A stretch of 64,000 nucleotides of DNA from Marsupella aquatica. Its lineage: Eukaryota; Plantae; Marchantiophyta. Of the stretch, positions 48,004-59,634 are shown in pieces. The notes under the pieces are model-generated. The model saw only the letters and a list, made by a program, of their open reading frames with translations, was not told the origin of the DNA and ran no database searches. Every line of letters starts with the position of its first letter. The stretch's first letter is position 1. The position numbers and the translations under genes are program-made. The stretch covers positions 26,831,240-26,895,239 of the forward strand of contig OZ316894.1 of assembly GCA_973895155.1 (NCBI GenBank). Reading direction: 5' to 3'.

Positions 48004-49393
48004 ACCCGATTGAAAGCTGTGTTGGGCGGGCTGGAAAGAGACTATAAAGCAGTACCCACTGGCAGCGCACATACAATCAGGTCTTCGTTGCTGCAATTCT
48101 GTAACATTAATTTTTGAGATTCTGCAATTTGGGGTTGTAACTAGCCCTCTTCTGGCTGAAAGACCATATCATCTAAGAGAAATGTTACGCCAGTTTAGTT
48201 TTGAGAGTAGAAGTCATGAATGCATTAAATCAAGCTCTTGGCGTGCTATGTAGAAAGTTCTTTGATATCTTTGTCAAATTTTGTCTTTAGATTAGAAGGG
48301 TTTGCATACAGCAGCTGCCTTGCCGTGAACATGGTACTGGAAGGGAACTCGCTTTGCTGCCAGGAGACGTGAAAATCAAGGGCATAAAGATAGAATTCGC
48401 CGATGGCAACCGCCACCAGCATAGAAACTTTAAGCAATCAGTTTCATAGTTTACGGACTTGCAGAGGAAGCCTTTCGGTCCCAGACTCCAGATCTTATAC
48501 AGCTTGATGATGTAGATTGAAGATTAGACATTTTAATTCTAGTAAGGGGTCATGTTCTTCTGCTTCAAAGCGAGTTGACAGTCTGAATTCAACCAAAAAG
48601 GATATGAAGTTCCATCTGCAACTCAAGTATTCTGAGCTCGCAGATTCGCAAGACAAGGTCGTGAAACGTGCTCAAAAGCTTGCTAACTACTCCGGGGTTA
48701 AGGAAGGCGTAAGTTCTCATTTTAGTGGCAGTGATGCTCTGTGCATTGGTATCCTCAAGTGATATAGGACAAGGCAGGAAAGTGGACTGTATTTGCAGGA
48801 GAAATTTTCTACGTTGATGGTATGATTGAAATCCTAAAGCTGATAGACAGTGGACGTGAACGTAGAAGGGAGCATAGTTCTGCAAGGATAGTGGATTAGC
48901 ATGTTCTGTTGCTTCTACTGCGCCCTTGCCTATTTCAAGAAAATAGATTCATCTCCAGAAGGTCTTAAACCGTTAATCTGTTCCCTGGGCTGAATTTTGC
49001 CAATCTTATAGCTGTTGTCCTCAATCCTCGGCAGTCGAAACTCAACCGGCGAGGTATTGTACAATGTGAGCAAACAGGAAATCTTGCTAGCGAGACTGGA
49101 AATTTCTATGGAGGCAGACCCTCATAAACAACCGCTTCCGCACAAAGCTGCATAATCAAAGTCAAACACAAATCATGAGTCACAGGCAACGAATCATTCT
49201 CAATCGCGGAGTCACCACCTGTCACCCATGCTGGATTGACATTCATTTTGCAACCGTTGGACCACTCCCATGCACCGTACCAAATCAATGGAGGTTGACT
49301 AGTCAATCAAATTCAAAGAGGAGAATGCTATCTCATTGGTACTATCATCACAAGAAACACCATTGTTCCGCAGAGCCGTTTCCTCTTTGCATC

Positions 49394-49692
49394 ACCACGC
49401 GTTAAATCTACACTTTGTTAATGCTCCCCGATCGTCTTGGGGCCCCCGTACACTGCCCGTCCCAGTTCCCAATGTTGCTGCCCGCTCCGGCCCGAGTTTG
49501 CCAAAACATAAACTCAAAGTTGACGGCACAAAGTTGATCGAGCCGGGGCATGTGACAATATGGTAGAGTTTCGGTTTATGTTCCGGCAAACTCGGTCTGG
49601 AGCGGGCAGCAACATCGGGGACTGGGACGGGCAGTGTACGGGGTCCCAACAAGATCGAGGAGCATTAACGCGGTGTAGATTTAATGCGCGGT
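49394..49692. mobile_element. MITE with ~120-bp terminal inverted repeats and 8-bp TSD
   Basis: Termini ACCACGCGTTAAATCTACAC...GTGTAGATTTAATGCGCGGT; TTTGCATC at 49386-49393 and 49693-49700. Confidence 0.88.
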
Positions 49693-50185
49693 TTTGCATC
49701 GTATGAGTGGAACGTGTGAAGAGTACATTACGTTCCCCCACGCTTCATACTCTCTCACTCAGGCGGGCCCAGTTCTCTCTCAACCATTTTGTGGGCAGTC
49801 CATAGGATGTTCATAGTTTGGTTCCTTTTTAGTCAGGAAAATTGAAATCTGCTCCCTATTGTTGAATGCTCTTCCATTTGTGAGTTAGAGGCCACCAGAC
49901 AGCAAATCTGTTACCCTTTTGTTACTCTCTTGTAGGATTGCATTTATGGGCATACACGGCACGCACAAACTCAAAGGCGGAACTGAAGAAGCGGAAATGG
50001 AATCTGGAAGTGCGTCCATGCAATCCAGTAACTAATCACCAATGTACCTCTGAATGGCTCTCCCAATTTTTCAGAAGGCCTTGAATCAAGGCAAAGTTTG
50101 TTTCATTTCCCAAGTCCTCGAACTTCTTGAATCCTGCAGGGGTCAAGTGCAAGATTGAGGGGTACCGAAGGAGGCACCAAGGATT

Positions 50186-50349
50186 ACTGCGCTTTAAATC
50201 TACGTTAAATCTACATCAGTCGTACTACAAGACCATAAACCAAGACACATGTAGTTCAAATTACTTGGTTAGTACATCATACATATAGTGTATTCGTTTA
50301 TGTTGTGGTGTATGGAGTGCATTAACTTGACGTAGATTTAACAAAAAGT
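50186..50349. mobile_element. Small MITE with 8-bp TSD and termini related to 49394-49692
   Basis: ACTGCGCTTTAAATCTACG...CGTAGATTTAACAAAAAGT; CAAGGATT at 50178-50185 and 50350-50357. Confidence 0.75.
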
Positions 50350-50379
50350 CAAGGATTAGCTCAAACAAGGAGAGGGAAA

Positions 50380-51177
50380 AGACTGGAATGTCAGACCGGC
50401 ATCCGTTAGAATGGTGTCTTGCAGATCTTTAGAGGCAAGGTGTGTTTCGATATCTAGAGACCAAGATAGATAGTTGGATCCGTTTATATTCAATGCTTGG
50501 AAGTAGAGTTTTTCGATAGTATTTGTGGTCATTGTGGGTGTCCAAAGATTGAGGGGAATTTGTGATTCTCAATTAAATGATCACTCAATGAGATACGGTA
50601 AAATGGGAAAGTCACTTATCTTTTGTAATTTGCGCCTGCACCTTTCTCGTTCCCTTGTCCCGGAGTTATTATTGGGTAGACATTTCTCGCTCAGCTGTTT
50701 GTAGTAGCATTCAACGCTGTCCGGATTTGAGGATTGGCTGCCTTGGATGTGCTCGGGAGATTGGTAAGGCAAGATGTTTGATTGTATCCTTGAATAAAGT
50801 TATGGAGATTGGTGAAATTGGTTGGCAATATCATTAGGGGGTGAATGTTTGGCGGGATGGTATCGCCTATGTGGGAAATGGACTAATAATTTGCAATCCA
50901 AATCCCATGCCAATTTTCGACAGAAATTTACAGAGATCTGTGTATACTTTCATAAGGACACCCCTCCACATCTAATTCTCACTTCTAAAGGAAAAAGTTG
51001 AATGTAGAGCCTACTCGTGCTGATAGCATGTTGAGTACTACATAGAATAGTCTTCTCATTCATGTAGGGAAACATATATACATAGAGGTAGTTACTCAGG
51101 TGGTTGTAATAACTACCTTAGGTAAGTGGTTACACCTTGATTTTGATTTGGAGTAGACTTAACCTTAGGTTACAACA
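50380..51177 (-). mobile_element. Truncated second Bianca-like copia element (LTR, PBS, gag start)
   Basis: 149-bp LTR 51029-51177 (TGTTG...TACAACA); PBS-like TCGTGCTGATAGCA at 51015-51028. Gag from 50532 reads MTTNTIEKLYFQALNINGSNYLSWSLDIETHLASKDLQDTILTDAG, homologous to the gag at 3798. Confidence 0.88.
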
Positions 51178-52588
51178 GCTTTTAAATATGTGGAGGAGGT
51201 CCACATTTGCAATGAGAATTATTCAGACGGAGGTCAAAGATTAATCGGATATTGGTCATCGTGAGTTATTTCCCGACCAATCAGGTCCGCCTCGCTAGCA
51301 AAATTTCCTGTTTTCTCGTTGAATTGACAGCCGAGGATTGAGGGAAACAACTGCCAGATTGGCATTCCAGTGTCAAGAACATTAAATTTAGTGGTTGATT
51401 GCTCCGTGACTGTTCTTGGATTAATTCAAAGGAAGAATGGTGTCTTTCCACCAGACGTCTTCAACATATCACCCAAGCAAATTCAAGCCAAAAAGTAGAG
51501 ATAACAGATTAAGCGCAGCTACTATGGTAACAGCAGGAGTTTATGATAGCAAGGTGTTCTCCTTCATTTGAATACTTACCTAATGCTCTGATTGTTATTA
51601 GTTCTCTCTCAAGACCTTCTACACATGAATCTATTTTCTTGAAGTAGGCATGGGCCCAGCAGAAGCAACAGACGCATGCTACTCCACTATTCCTTGCAGA
51701 ACCATGCTCCCTTCTACGTTCACGCGCACGGTCTATGAGCTTTCGGATTCAATCATGCCGTCAACGTAGCAAAGTTTCTACTGCAAATACAGTCCACTTT
51801 CCTGCCTTGTCCGATAATCCTTCACGATAGTACTGTACAGTGCATCATTCCATTCTCGCGTCATTTGAGAATTATTCCCTTGCGCCTTCCCTAACCCCAG
51901 AGTAGCTAACAAGCCTTCGAGCACGTTTCACGACCGTATCTTGCGAATCTGAGAAGCTCAGACAGTTGAGATGCAGATGGAACTTCATATCGTTTTGGTC
52001 GAATCCAGACTGTCAACTCCCTTTGAAGCAGAAGAACATGGCCACTTTACTCGAATTGAATTATCTAATCTTCGACATGGATATATTCGAAGATCTGAAT
52101 ACATCCATCAGTCTCGACCAAAGACTTCCTGCAAGTCGATGAACTCCAAGACTCATTGCTTGAAGTTTTCTGCTGGTGGAGGTCGCCATCCACGTATTTG
52201 ATCTTTATGCCCTTGATTTTCGTCTCCTGTCACCAATGTGAGTTCCCTTGCAGTACCATGGTCACAGGAAGGCAGCTACTGTACGCAAACTCTTCTTTTG
52301 ATCTAAGGACAATACTCAACTAAGATGTCAAAAGAGGTTTCTACATATCAAGCCAACAGCTTGATTTCACGCACCTATAATTTCGACACTCAAAACGAAA
52401 CTTGCGTGACAATTCTCTTACATGAAATGGTCGTTCAGCCAGAAGAGGGCTAGGTACAACCCCCAATTGCAGAATCTCAATTACTGTTACAGAATTGCGA
52501 CACCCAAAACCTGATTGTATCTGCGCTGCCAGTGACTACTGATTTGAAGTCACTTTCCAGCCAGCCCAACACAGCTTTCAATCTGGGT

Positions 52589-55150
52589 TCACCAGAAATC
52601 ACCACAAGAACACATTCCATCTTTAAAATGGTGGAACCGATTTGCATCCCTTGCAATAATCTCGCGTCCGGTCACCTTAGAGATATACTTGGTTGCTGAG
52701 TGGCAATCTGAACACACCCGAAGGTTCTTACTTACACGAATAGGTTCTCCCAAAGGTAGGTGCATAAGTCCGTAAGCAATAGCCAACTTCTCACTATGAG
52801 AGCAAAGGGCTAGCTCTTTATCCTCTTCATTGATATCATGCAATACAAGCTGGGTATCCGGAATGTAGCCTTCCGCCTTCAGTTTTTCACTCAATTTATT
52901 CAGCTCAGTATAGATCGCCTCCGCTTCTGGGTGAGATGTATCCCCCACCACAAATTCATGGATCTTGTTATGAACTTCGATCCAGCTACGTCCTGGCTCC
53001 TTCCGAACACCTCTCTCTCGCATCATAGTGCGCACAGATGACACCTTCTCCCACTTCCCAGCTGCAGCATAGATATTGGAGAGCAGCACATATGTAGAGG
53101 CCCTACCGGGTTCCAACTTGAAAAGCTCGTTAGCGGCCAGTTCACCCAGCTCCACGTTACCGTAAGTTCTACAAGCCCCAAGCAAGGCTGTCCAAGTTAC
53201 ATCATCTGGTTCGATCGGCATCTCACTGATCAACTGCTTTGCTTCTTCCACGTGTCCCGCCCGCCCAAGAATATCCACCATGAGGGTATAGTGAAAAACA
53301 GTACGCTCGATACCATAATCTTGCGTCATAGCAGAAAAGATTCTACGGCCATCATCAACAAGGCCTCCATGAGAACAGGCTGACAACACAGCTGTGAATG
53401 ACGTCTCGATGGGCTTCACATGGTCTGCATTCATTTGTCTGAAAAGTTCCAGGGCTTCCTGCCCATATCCGTGTTGTGCAAGTCCACCGATCATTATGTT
53501 CCAAGTGACTACATCGCGTTTCTCCATTCTGTTAAAAACAAGTCGGGCGTCAGCTATACTGCCAGTCTCTGCATACATGTGAACCAGTGCACTGCCCACA
53601 CGCAAATCCGACTCCAGTCCGGCTTTGCTAGCGTGGCCATGAACCTCCTTCACCCACTCCAAAGCCCCCGCACTTGCAGATGCATTCAGGATGGTCACAT
53701 AAGTGATTTCATTTGGTTCGAAGCCTTGCCGTCTCATTTCAAGAAACATTCGATATGCTTCATGCCCAGATCCATGTTGTGCAAGCCCTCCTATCATTAC
53801 AGTCCATGTGATTACATCGCGTTTCTCCATTCTGTCAAAGACCAGTCGGGCATCATCTATACTGCCAATCTTCGCATACATGTGAACGAGTGCATTGCCC
53901 ACACGCAAATCCGACTCCAGTCCGGCTTTGCTAGCGTGGCCATGAACCTCCTTCACCCACTCCGAAGCCCCCGCACTTGCAGATGCATTCAGGATGCTCG
54001 CATAAGTGATTTCATTTGGTTCGAAGCCTTCACGTCTCATTTCAAGAAACATTCGATATGCTTCATGCCCAGATCCATGTTGTGCAAGCCCTCCTATCAT
54101 TACAGTCCATGTGATTACATCGCGTTTCTCCATTCTGTCAAAGACCAGTCGGGCATCATCAATACTGCCAGTCTTCGCATACATGTGAACGAGTGCATTG
54201 CCCACACGCAAATCCGACTCCAGTCCGGCTTTGCTAGCGTGGCCATGAACCTCCTTCACCCACTCCAAAGCCCCCGCACTTGCAGATGCATTCAGGATGC
54301 TCAGATAAGTGATTGCATCTGGTTTGAAGCCTTCCCGTCTCATTTGGAGGAATAGTCGATATGCTTCCACACCATCACCACGTTCTGCACATGCTCCAAT
54401 CATAACATTCCATGTAATGACATTTCGATTAGTCAACTTTTCAAAAACTTTCCTTGCCTCGGTGATGCACCCACATTTAGCGTACATCAGTACGAGAGCA
54501 GACCCTACACGCACGTCCGATTCAAAGCCGGCATGTCGAATACCCTGATGAATTTCTTTTCCCCAATTGAGAGCTAATGGGCTTGAACATGCATTCAGGA
54601 TGCTCAGATACGTGATCTCATTCGGCTTCACGCCTTCTTGGCGCATTTGATTGAAAATTTCGAGTGCAGATTCAACATGATCACTCTTAGCGTATCCCGC
54701 AATCATGCTGGTCCAAGTAATAACACTCTTCTTCTGAATTTGATCAAAAACTCTACGTGCATCCGATAAACCTCCGCATTTGATATACACATTCAAAAGC
54801 GTGATTGCCACATATGGATTTTCGTGAATTCCACTCTCGATGATGCAATCATGAATTTGCTTGGCTCCTGAAAGGTCTTTCTGTTGCAAGCACATTTGCA
54901 GAACTTTAACATATGTGTACGAGTCTATAGCAATGCCTCGCTGTAGACGATCTTTCAACATAGCAATTGTTTGACCCGTGGTACCAGGATGCATATGCCT
55001 ACTGCCAATCCGTTTTGCAGTGACTTGAGACCGATCTCTCGTGCAATAACTAACATTAGATGGAAATCTGCAGTGAGTAGCCAAATTCGCCCTTGCCGTA
55101 ACCCACGCTGGGGTTGACCATCCATCCACCCAAAGTGCTAGTCTTGTCAA
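52589..55150 (-). CDS. PLS-class PPR-E-DYW protein paralog, 17 PPR motifs, ends in DFW; start codon uncertain
   Basis: KEPGRSWIEV, HSEKLA, NLRVCSDCH; three near-identical 303-bp triplets. The codon matching the paralog's ATG is TTG. Confidence 0.94.
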   Translation of the reverse strand: MTRLALWVDGWSTPAWVTARANLATHCRFPSNVSYCTRDRSQVTAKRIGSRHMHPGTTGQTIAMLKDRLQRGIAIDSYTYVKVLQMCLQQKDLSGAKQIHDCIIESGIHENPYVAITLLNVYIKCGGLSDARRVFDQIQKKSVITWTSMIAGYAKSDHVESALEIFNQMRQEGVKPNEITYLSILNACSSPLALNWGKEIHQGIRHAGFESDVRVGSALVLMYAKCGCITEARKVFEKLTNRNVITWNVMIGACAERGDGVEAYRLFLQMRREGFKPDAITYLSILNASASAGALEWVKEVHGHASKAGLESDLRVGNALVHMYAKTGSIDDARLVFDRMEKRDVITWTVMIGGLAQHGSGHEAYRMFLEMRREGFEPNEITYASILNASASAGASEWVKEVHGHASKAGLESDLRVGNALVHMYAKIGSIDDARLVFDRMEKRDVITWTVMIGGLAQHGSGHEAYRMFLEMRRQGFEPNEITYVTILNASASAGALEWVKEVHGHASKAGLESDLRVGSALVHMYAETGSIADARLVFNRMEKRDVVTWNIMIGGLAQHGYGQEALELFRQMNADHVKPIETSFTAVLSACSHGGLVDDGRRIFSAMTQDYGIERTVFHYTLMVDILGRAGHVEEAKQLISEMPIEPDDVTWTALLGACRTYGNVELGELAANELFKLEPGRASTYVLLSNIYAAAGKWEKVSSVRTMMRERGVRKEPGRSWIEVHNKIHEFVVGDTSHPEAEAIYTELNKLSEKLKAEGYIPDTQLVLHDINEEDKELALCSHSEKLAIAYGLMHLPLGEPIRVSKNLRVCSDCHSATKYISKVTGREIIARDANRFHHFKDGMCSCGDFW

Positions 55151-57430
55151 CTTCTGATTGAACTCAGGTGCTCTGGGCTTCCTCTGTCAGCACCACAACC
55201 CACGATCAGATGTGCTACCAGGATAAAATCCAGGAGATTCCACGAGGTGCAATGAATTTGTAGTTATTTCTTGACGACTATGTTTCCAGTGATCTTTCTA
55301 CAATGAGTGTTCAGACATGGTTAGCAGACCGGTAAGCCTCTCGAGTTCTAGGGTGCATTCCTACCTCCGTCCAAAGATGTATTTTCTTGTCTCCCTTGCT
55401 CTGCTGTGATCTTTGGTACAGATAACTTGCAAAAGTTAAATGACTCCTTTCCAACTGAGAGTAACGGCTATCTGTCAAGAATGCAATGATCTTAGAATAG
55501 AATATTGAAATAATTGTGAAAGGCATATCCAGGTATCAACAAGCTCGTTCCTTCTCCCGTATTTCACTGTACCCACAGAAAGGACAGAGTCAAGAGCCTA
55601 TCGAATTGGTACTAAAATACTTCAGCCAGAAGTCACATGTTATCCTTGGGTTGTGTACAGGACAGACTCTTAGGGCATCTTGACAGGCGTTCAATTGTAA
55701 GTTGCCTACACTGTCCTTTCTGCGCTAGACACAAACCAGAATCTCAGGTTTCTGAAAAGAGACTAGTTAGAAATAAAGCCTAGCCATCATCTGTAGAATC
55801 CATCGTGATTAGACACAGATGACATGAACGTGAAAGCGCTTCCCTCCCTCTCCTACAATTCAGAAAATAAAGGCTATCCATCATTCTTTAACTTGGCTCT
55901 TATACAATCCGTGAAGAGACATATACGACATGAATGTAACAGCCTCCCCTCCCCTCCCCTCCGCCCCCCCCTCCACCCCCCCCCACCCCCCCCACCCACC
56001 CTGTGCTTCTTAACACGAAAAAAGAATCAAACTTGAAGTTCAACTCAAGTCTTCATCACATAAGCCTCATAGCAGGAAATTCCCGCAACTACAAATGTCA
56101 CACCGTGGTGCTGGAACAAGAGTTTCTGTTTAAAAGTAGGTACGCATAACGTTGAAATCGCTCTTCAGTCTCATTACCTGAAGGCCGTGTACAAGAACAA
56201 TGGCGGATGCCAATACCAATCAAACCGGAAGACGAAGGATAAACTCTGCGAATCAAACGTCGTTGTTGAGAATGTATTCAAGGTCGTTTGGTCACATCAA
56301 ATCCAACAAAATGACATTCATACAAAATTAATCATACCTGGCTGAGGACTGTTGCCTAAAGCGGTCCATATCCAAAAGTTCCATCGAGTCAGCTCCGTTC
56401 CCGTGCCGGGAATACGGAGCTCAATGGTACAGTTTTGAGAAATACGATCTTACCTGTTTGACAAAGGTTCAAATCAGTCTAAGTAGTGCAATCTTGCAGA
56501 GCCCTCAAATTTCAAGTCTCATCTTTCCTTCCCATGGACTAAGGAAAGAATATTCATTACGCGAAGGCTCTGTTGGGGAAACCTTGCCCGGGCAGAGGAA
56601 TCTCAGCTCAGCGTAACAGTTGGAGGTAGCCCTAGACGCTTAGCAGTAGCGGTATCTTCTCCAGGATCAATTCCTCCTGCTGGACTCTTTTACGAATCAT
56701 CCCAGCTTTGCCATCAAAACTTGAGAATCAAAACTACAAGTTTTGAGAAGAAAAAGTGAGAGAAGATCTTCCATCCAAACCCCAAGCAACCCACCGTCAT
56801 ACCTGCATATTGCCCTCTGAAATACTATTGCGCGAGTGCTCTTGTTTATCGCCCTCCAAGAAAGCACCCTTTCCAACTGAAGTGTCCTGCATACCAAACG
56901 AAGAATTGACGACATTTCTTCAAAGAAGAACTTGTGAACAAGTGTTATGCAGACCGTGTAAGTAGCAAATTGGGCAGGCTCGACAATTCGTTCAGAACAA
57001 CAAGTTGAAGCAAGTGGCAACAAAATTGATCTAGATTGTGACGGGAAATCAGGAGACGGGCAGCAGGAGACGTCATGCAAGAAATGAGCAGGACTTGAAC
57101 CAGGATGGACAGTATCCCGGGCTGAAAAAGAGATTCTGTCCCGCTTCCTTGGGCGCTCAGAGGTGAGAAGTATAGTTGCCCAGCAATCTAAGGTCGAAAC
57201 GTAAAAGAACATCCAGTACAGCTAGGGCCTTACTAGGAATTCTCTGCCCAAAGGGACGAGAGGCCGTGTAAAAGTGGTAACGCGAACCTAACAGGGATCA
57301 CTGGATTCGTCAGCATGTATCTACGCACAGCTCGATACCAACTCCCCGAGAAGCAACTATAGCAATTCAGCAATCCGAAGCCACTACGACACGTAATTCT
57401 TAGCAGATTGTGAATTCTACAAGGATTGTT

Positions 57431-58470
57431 AGCTCATTAAATGAACTGCTGAACCACCATCCAATAATACATTCTTAATCTTGGTTCATTTTATATTTAA
57501 GTCTACCATTGCTCCCTTATCAGCTAATATTGTCTTCTCCAACTTAGAAGTCGGTGTTGCTGGTAATTCCTGCTGCTTACCTTCTTCATTTCTTGTTGTA
57601 GTTGTCCTTTCCCTTACCTCACTGGTATTTGGTACTGCTGTCCCTTGTGCTCCCTCACTCATTTTCTTGAACACTGCTTCGAGCTGCATTGTGGAGTTAT
57701 ACATAACAATTCTTCAACAGTTAATGTCACTTTAGCCTTTGAAATAACCTCTCCCAATTTCTTTATTATCTCTTGCTCACTTTTTGCTCTGATTTGTTCC
57801 GTTCTCAATGGTTTTTCCCTTAACGATTCATCACTTATTGGGTCTTCCTCATGTGTAAAGGACTCTCTGATTTCTTCTTTAAAACTCTCATCAGACTCTA
57901 AAATTTCAGCTCCATCTTCTATTCTATCATCCAAACCCATTAATCTTTCTGGTCTTGGCAACAATTCACTTTGTTGATGTTGTAAGATTTGTTCTGTTGT
58001 GTCTCGTGTTGTAGCGTCCAATTGTTCCCAACTGGTACTCGGTACTCCACTCGTGGACGGTAGAGTTAACACGATTGGTGGCTCTACCTGTTGTGACCTA
58101 GTCACTATATTCACATCCATTGTCTGAATTCTTACATGATTAACTGGTGCTTTAGTTTGTGCTTCGGTTCTTTCTTTATTATGTTGCACCCATAATTCAC
58201 ACTTAGCCCCTCTTATATGTCCGGGCTTCCCACAATAATAGCAAGAAAGGGGAGGTCTTTCTACCTCTTCCCTGAAGTTCCTCTTATTTAAATATTGTCT
58301 TGCAGGATTATAATAACTTTGATTTTTTTCTATTCTTTCAATCTCTCGTGACCCTTGTTCAACTGCATTTACTGTCATATTACCCCCTTTCTTATATGGA
58401 TTCTGAAAACATTCTTGGGTAATATGTCCTGCTCTCATGTGAATCTCACAGAATTTCCTTCCTTTATACT
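57431..58470 (-). pseudogene. Ty3/gypsy gag C-terminal fragment with zinc knuckles
   Basis: C..CMRAGHITQEC and CYYCGKPGHIRGAKC, VNIVTRSQ, KVTLTVEELL..P; frameshift near 57690. Confidence 0.7.
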
Positions 58471-58479
58471 CCTTTCACC

Positions 58480-58850
58480 AGTAAAACCCTCTCCTCTCCT
58501 AAACCTCCACTACACCACTCCCCAACCCAAACTCCCTAAACCCTAAACCTTAAACTTCCTCAACCCCCAACCAAACCCCCTAAACTTAAACTCCCTCAAC
58601 TCCTCCCCAACCAAACTACCAAACTCCCTCCACCCCCAACACACAACTCCCCAACTCCCTCAACCCAACCCAACCCACAACCAAACCCGCCAAACCCAAA
58701 ATCCTTAAACCCCCACTACACCACTCCCCAACCCTCTCAACCCAAACTCCCTAAACCCTAAACCCTAAACTCCATAAACTCCCTAAACTCCCTAAACTCC
58801 AACTCCCTCAACCCCCAACCAAACCCCCTAAACTCAAACTCACTCAACTT
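58480..58850. repeat. C/A-rich low-complexity tract with scattered CCCTAAA telomere-like units
   Basis: Degenerate aaactccctaaaccctaaa / ctcaacccccaacc units; almost no G on the + strand. Confidence 0.8.
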
Positions 58851-59109
58851 GAACCATTTTGCCATCAAGCTTTCCAACTTGCTGGAAAAATTTAGGGGGG
58901 GTGGTGGTGTTCCCCATTGTCTTTTCATACACTACTCTTATTATTGTATTGAGTCTTTTTTGTCTTCGGCACTTTTTTGTCCTCACCTCTATAAATGTTC
59001 AAAGAACGGGTAATTCTTATTATTTCATCAAATATATTGTGTCTCAAGTACGTTCAAAGTATGGGTAGTCGGAGCTAGTTACAATATAAGAGACGCACTG
59101 CTCACATCA

Positions 59110-59600
59110 GAGTGACCCAAACCTCGACCCTTGGTTACCTCAATCCAAATTGTCCACTCACAACCCTCCTCCACCTTGAACCCTGGATTAGGCGACCAAA
59201 AATACTAAAATCTCCACCCTCAACCTTCACCCTTCGTCACCTGAACCCGAACTGTCCACGCACAACCCTCACAACCCAAATCATCATGGCATTCCATGTG
59301 GAGTGACTCCCGAATAATTCAGACTTTCCTCATAAAACATTTTGAATGGGTTGTCATGGCAATCGGGTCTTGAGACAATTGAAGAGTCGTGAAGTGTGGA
59401 TGTATTCTCTGAGTGATGCAGATAGTTGTGGCTTTTGAGAATCCTCAGGTTATCATAGTGCAGTCAGATCTCTTCGTTTACCTCAACTCTATTGGAGTAG
59501 CCGCACTACTGCTTTGAGGAAACTGTTTGGCATTCAATCCCCAGTCAAATTGCAGTTTGAATTTGCAATAGCGCAGTCCGGCTCAGTTAGCTGGGCTCAG
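59110..59600 (+). repeat. Direct dispersed copies of 42090-42300 and 42965-43250
   Basis: Shared strings cacctgaaccc.aactgtccacgcacaaccctca and gacaattgaagagtcgtgaag...gcagtcagatctcttc...ggctcagttagctgggctca. Confidence 0.8.
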
Positions 59601-59634
59601 TTTAGGGTTTAGGGTTGAGGAAACATCTGTAAAA

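Larger units (their letters stand above)
43418..57430. repeat. Large inverted duplication (arms ~43418-49095 and ~51287-57430), each arm with one DYW-PPR gene
   Basis: Reverse-complement matches at the outer ends (aacaatgcttgtagaattcacaa / ttgtgaattctacaaggattgtt), the inner ends (caggaaaatcttgctagcgag / ctcgctagcaaaatttcctg), and through the flanks and CDS. Confidence 0.92.

Noticed and set aside
53420-54355. 311-aa + strand ORF with internal repeats
   Set aside because: Antisense shadow of the 303-bp PPR triplets; no independent protein features.
55945-56000. Poly-C-rich tract as a regulatory G-quadruplex
   Set aside because: Absent from the paralogous arm (~44940); most likely a simple-sequence expansion.
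58480-58850. True interstitial telomere array
   Set aside because: At most about three consecutive CCCTAAA units within degenerate low-complexity sequence.
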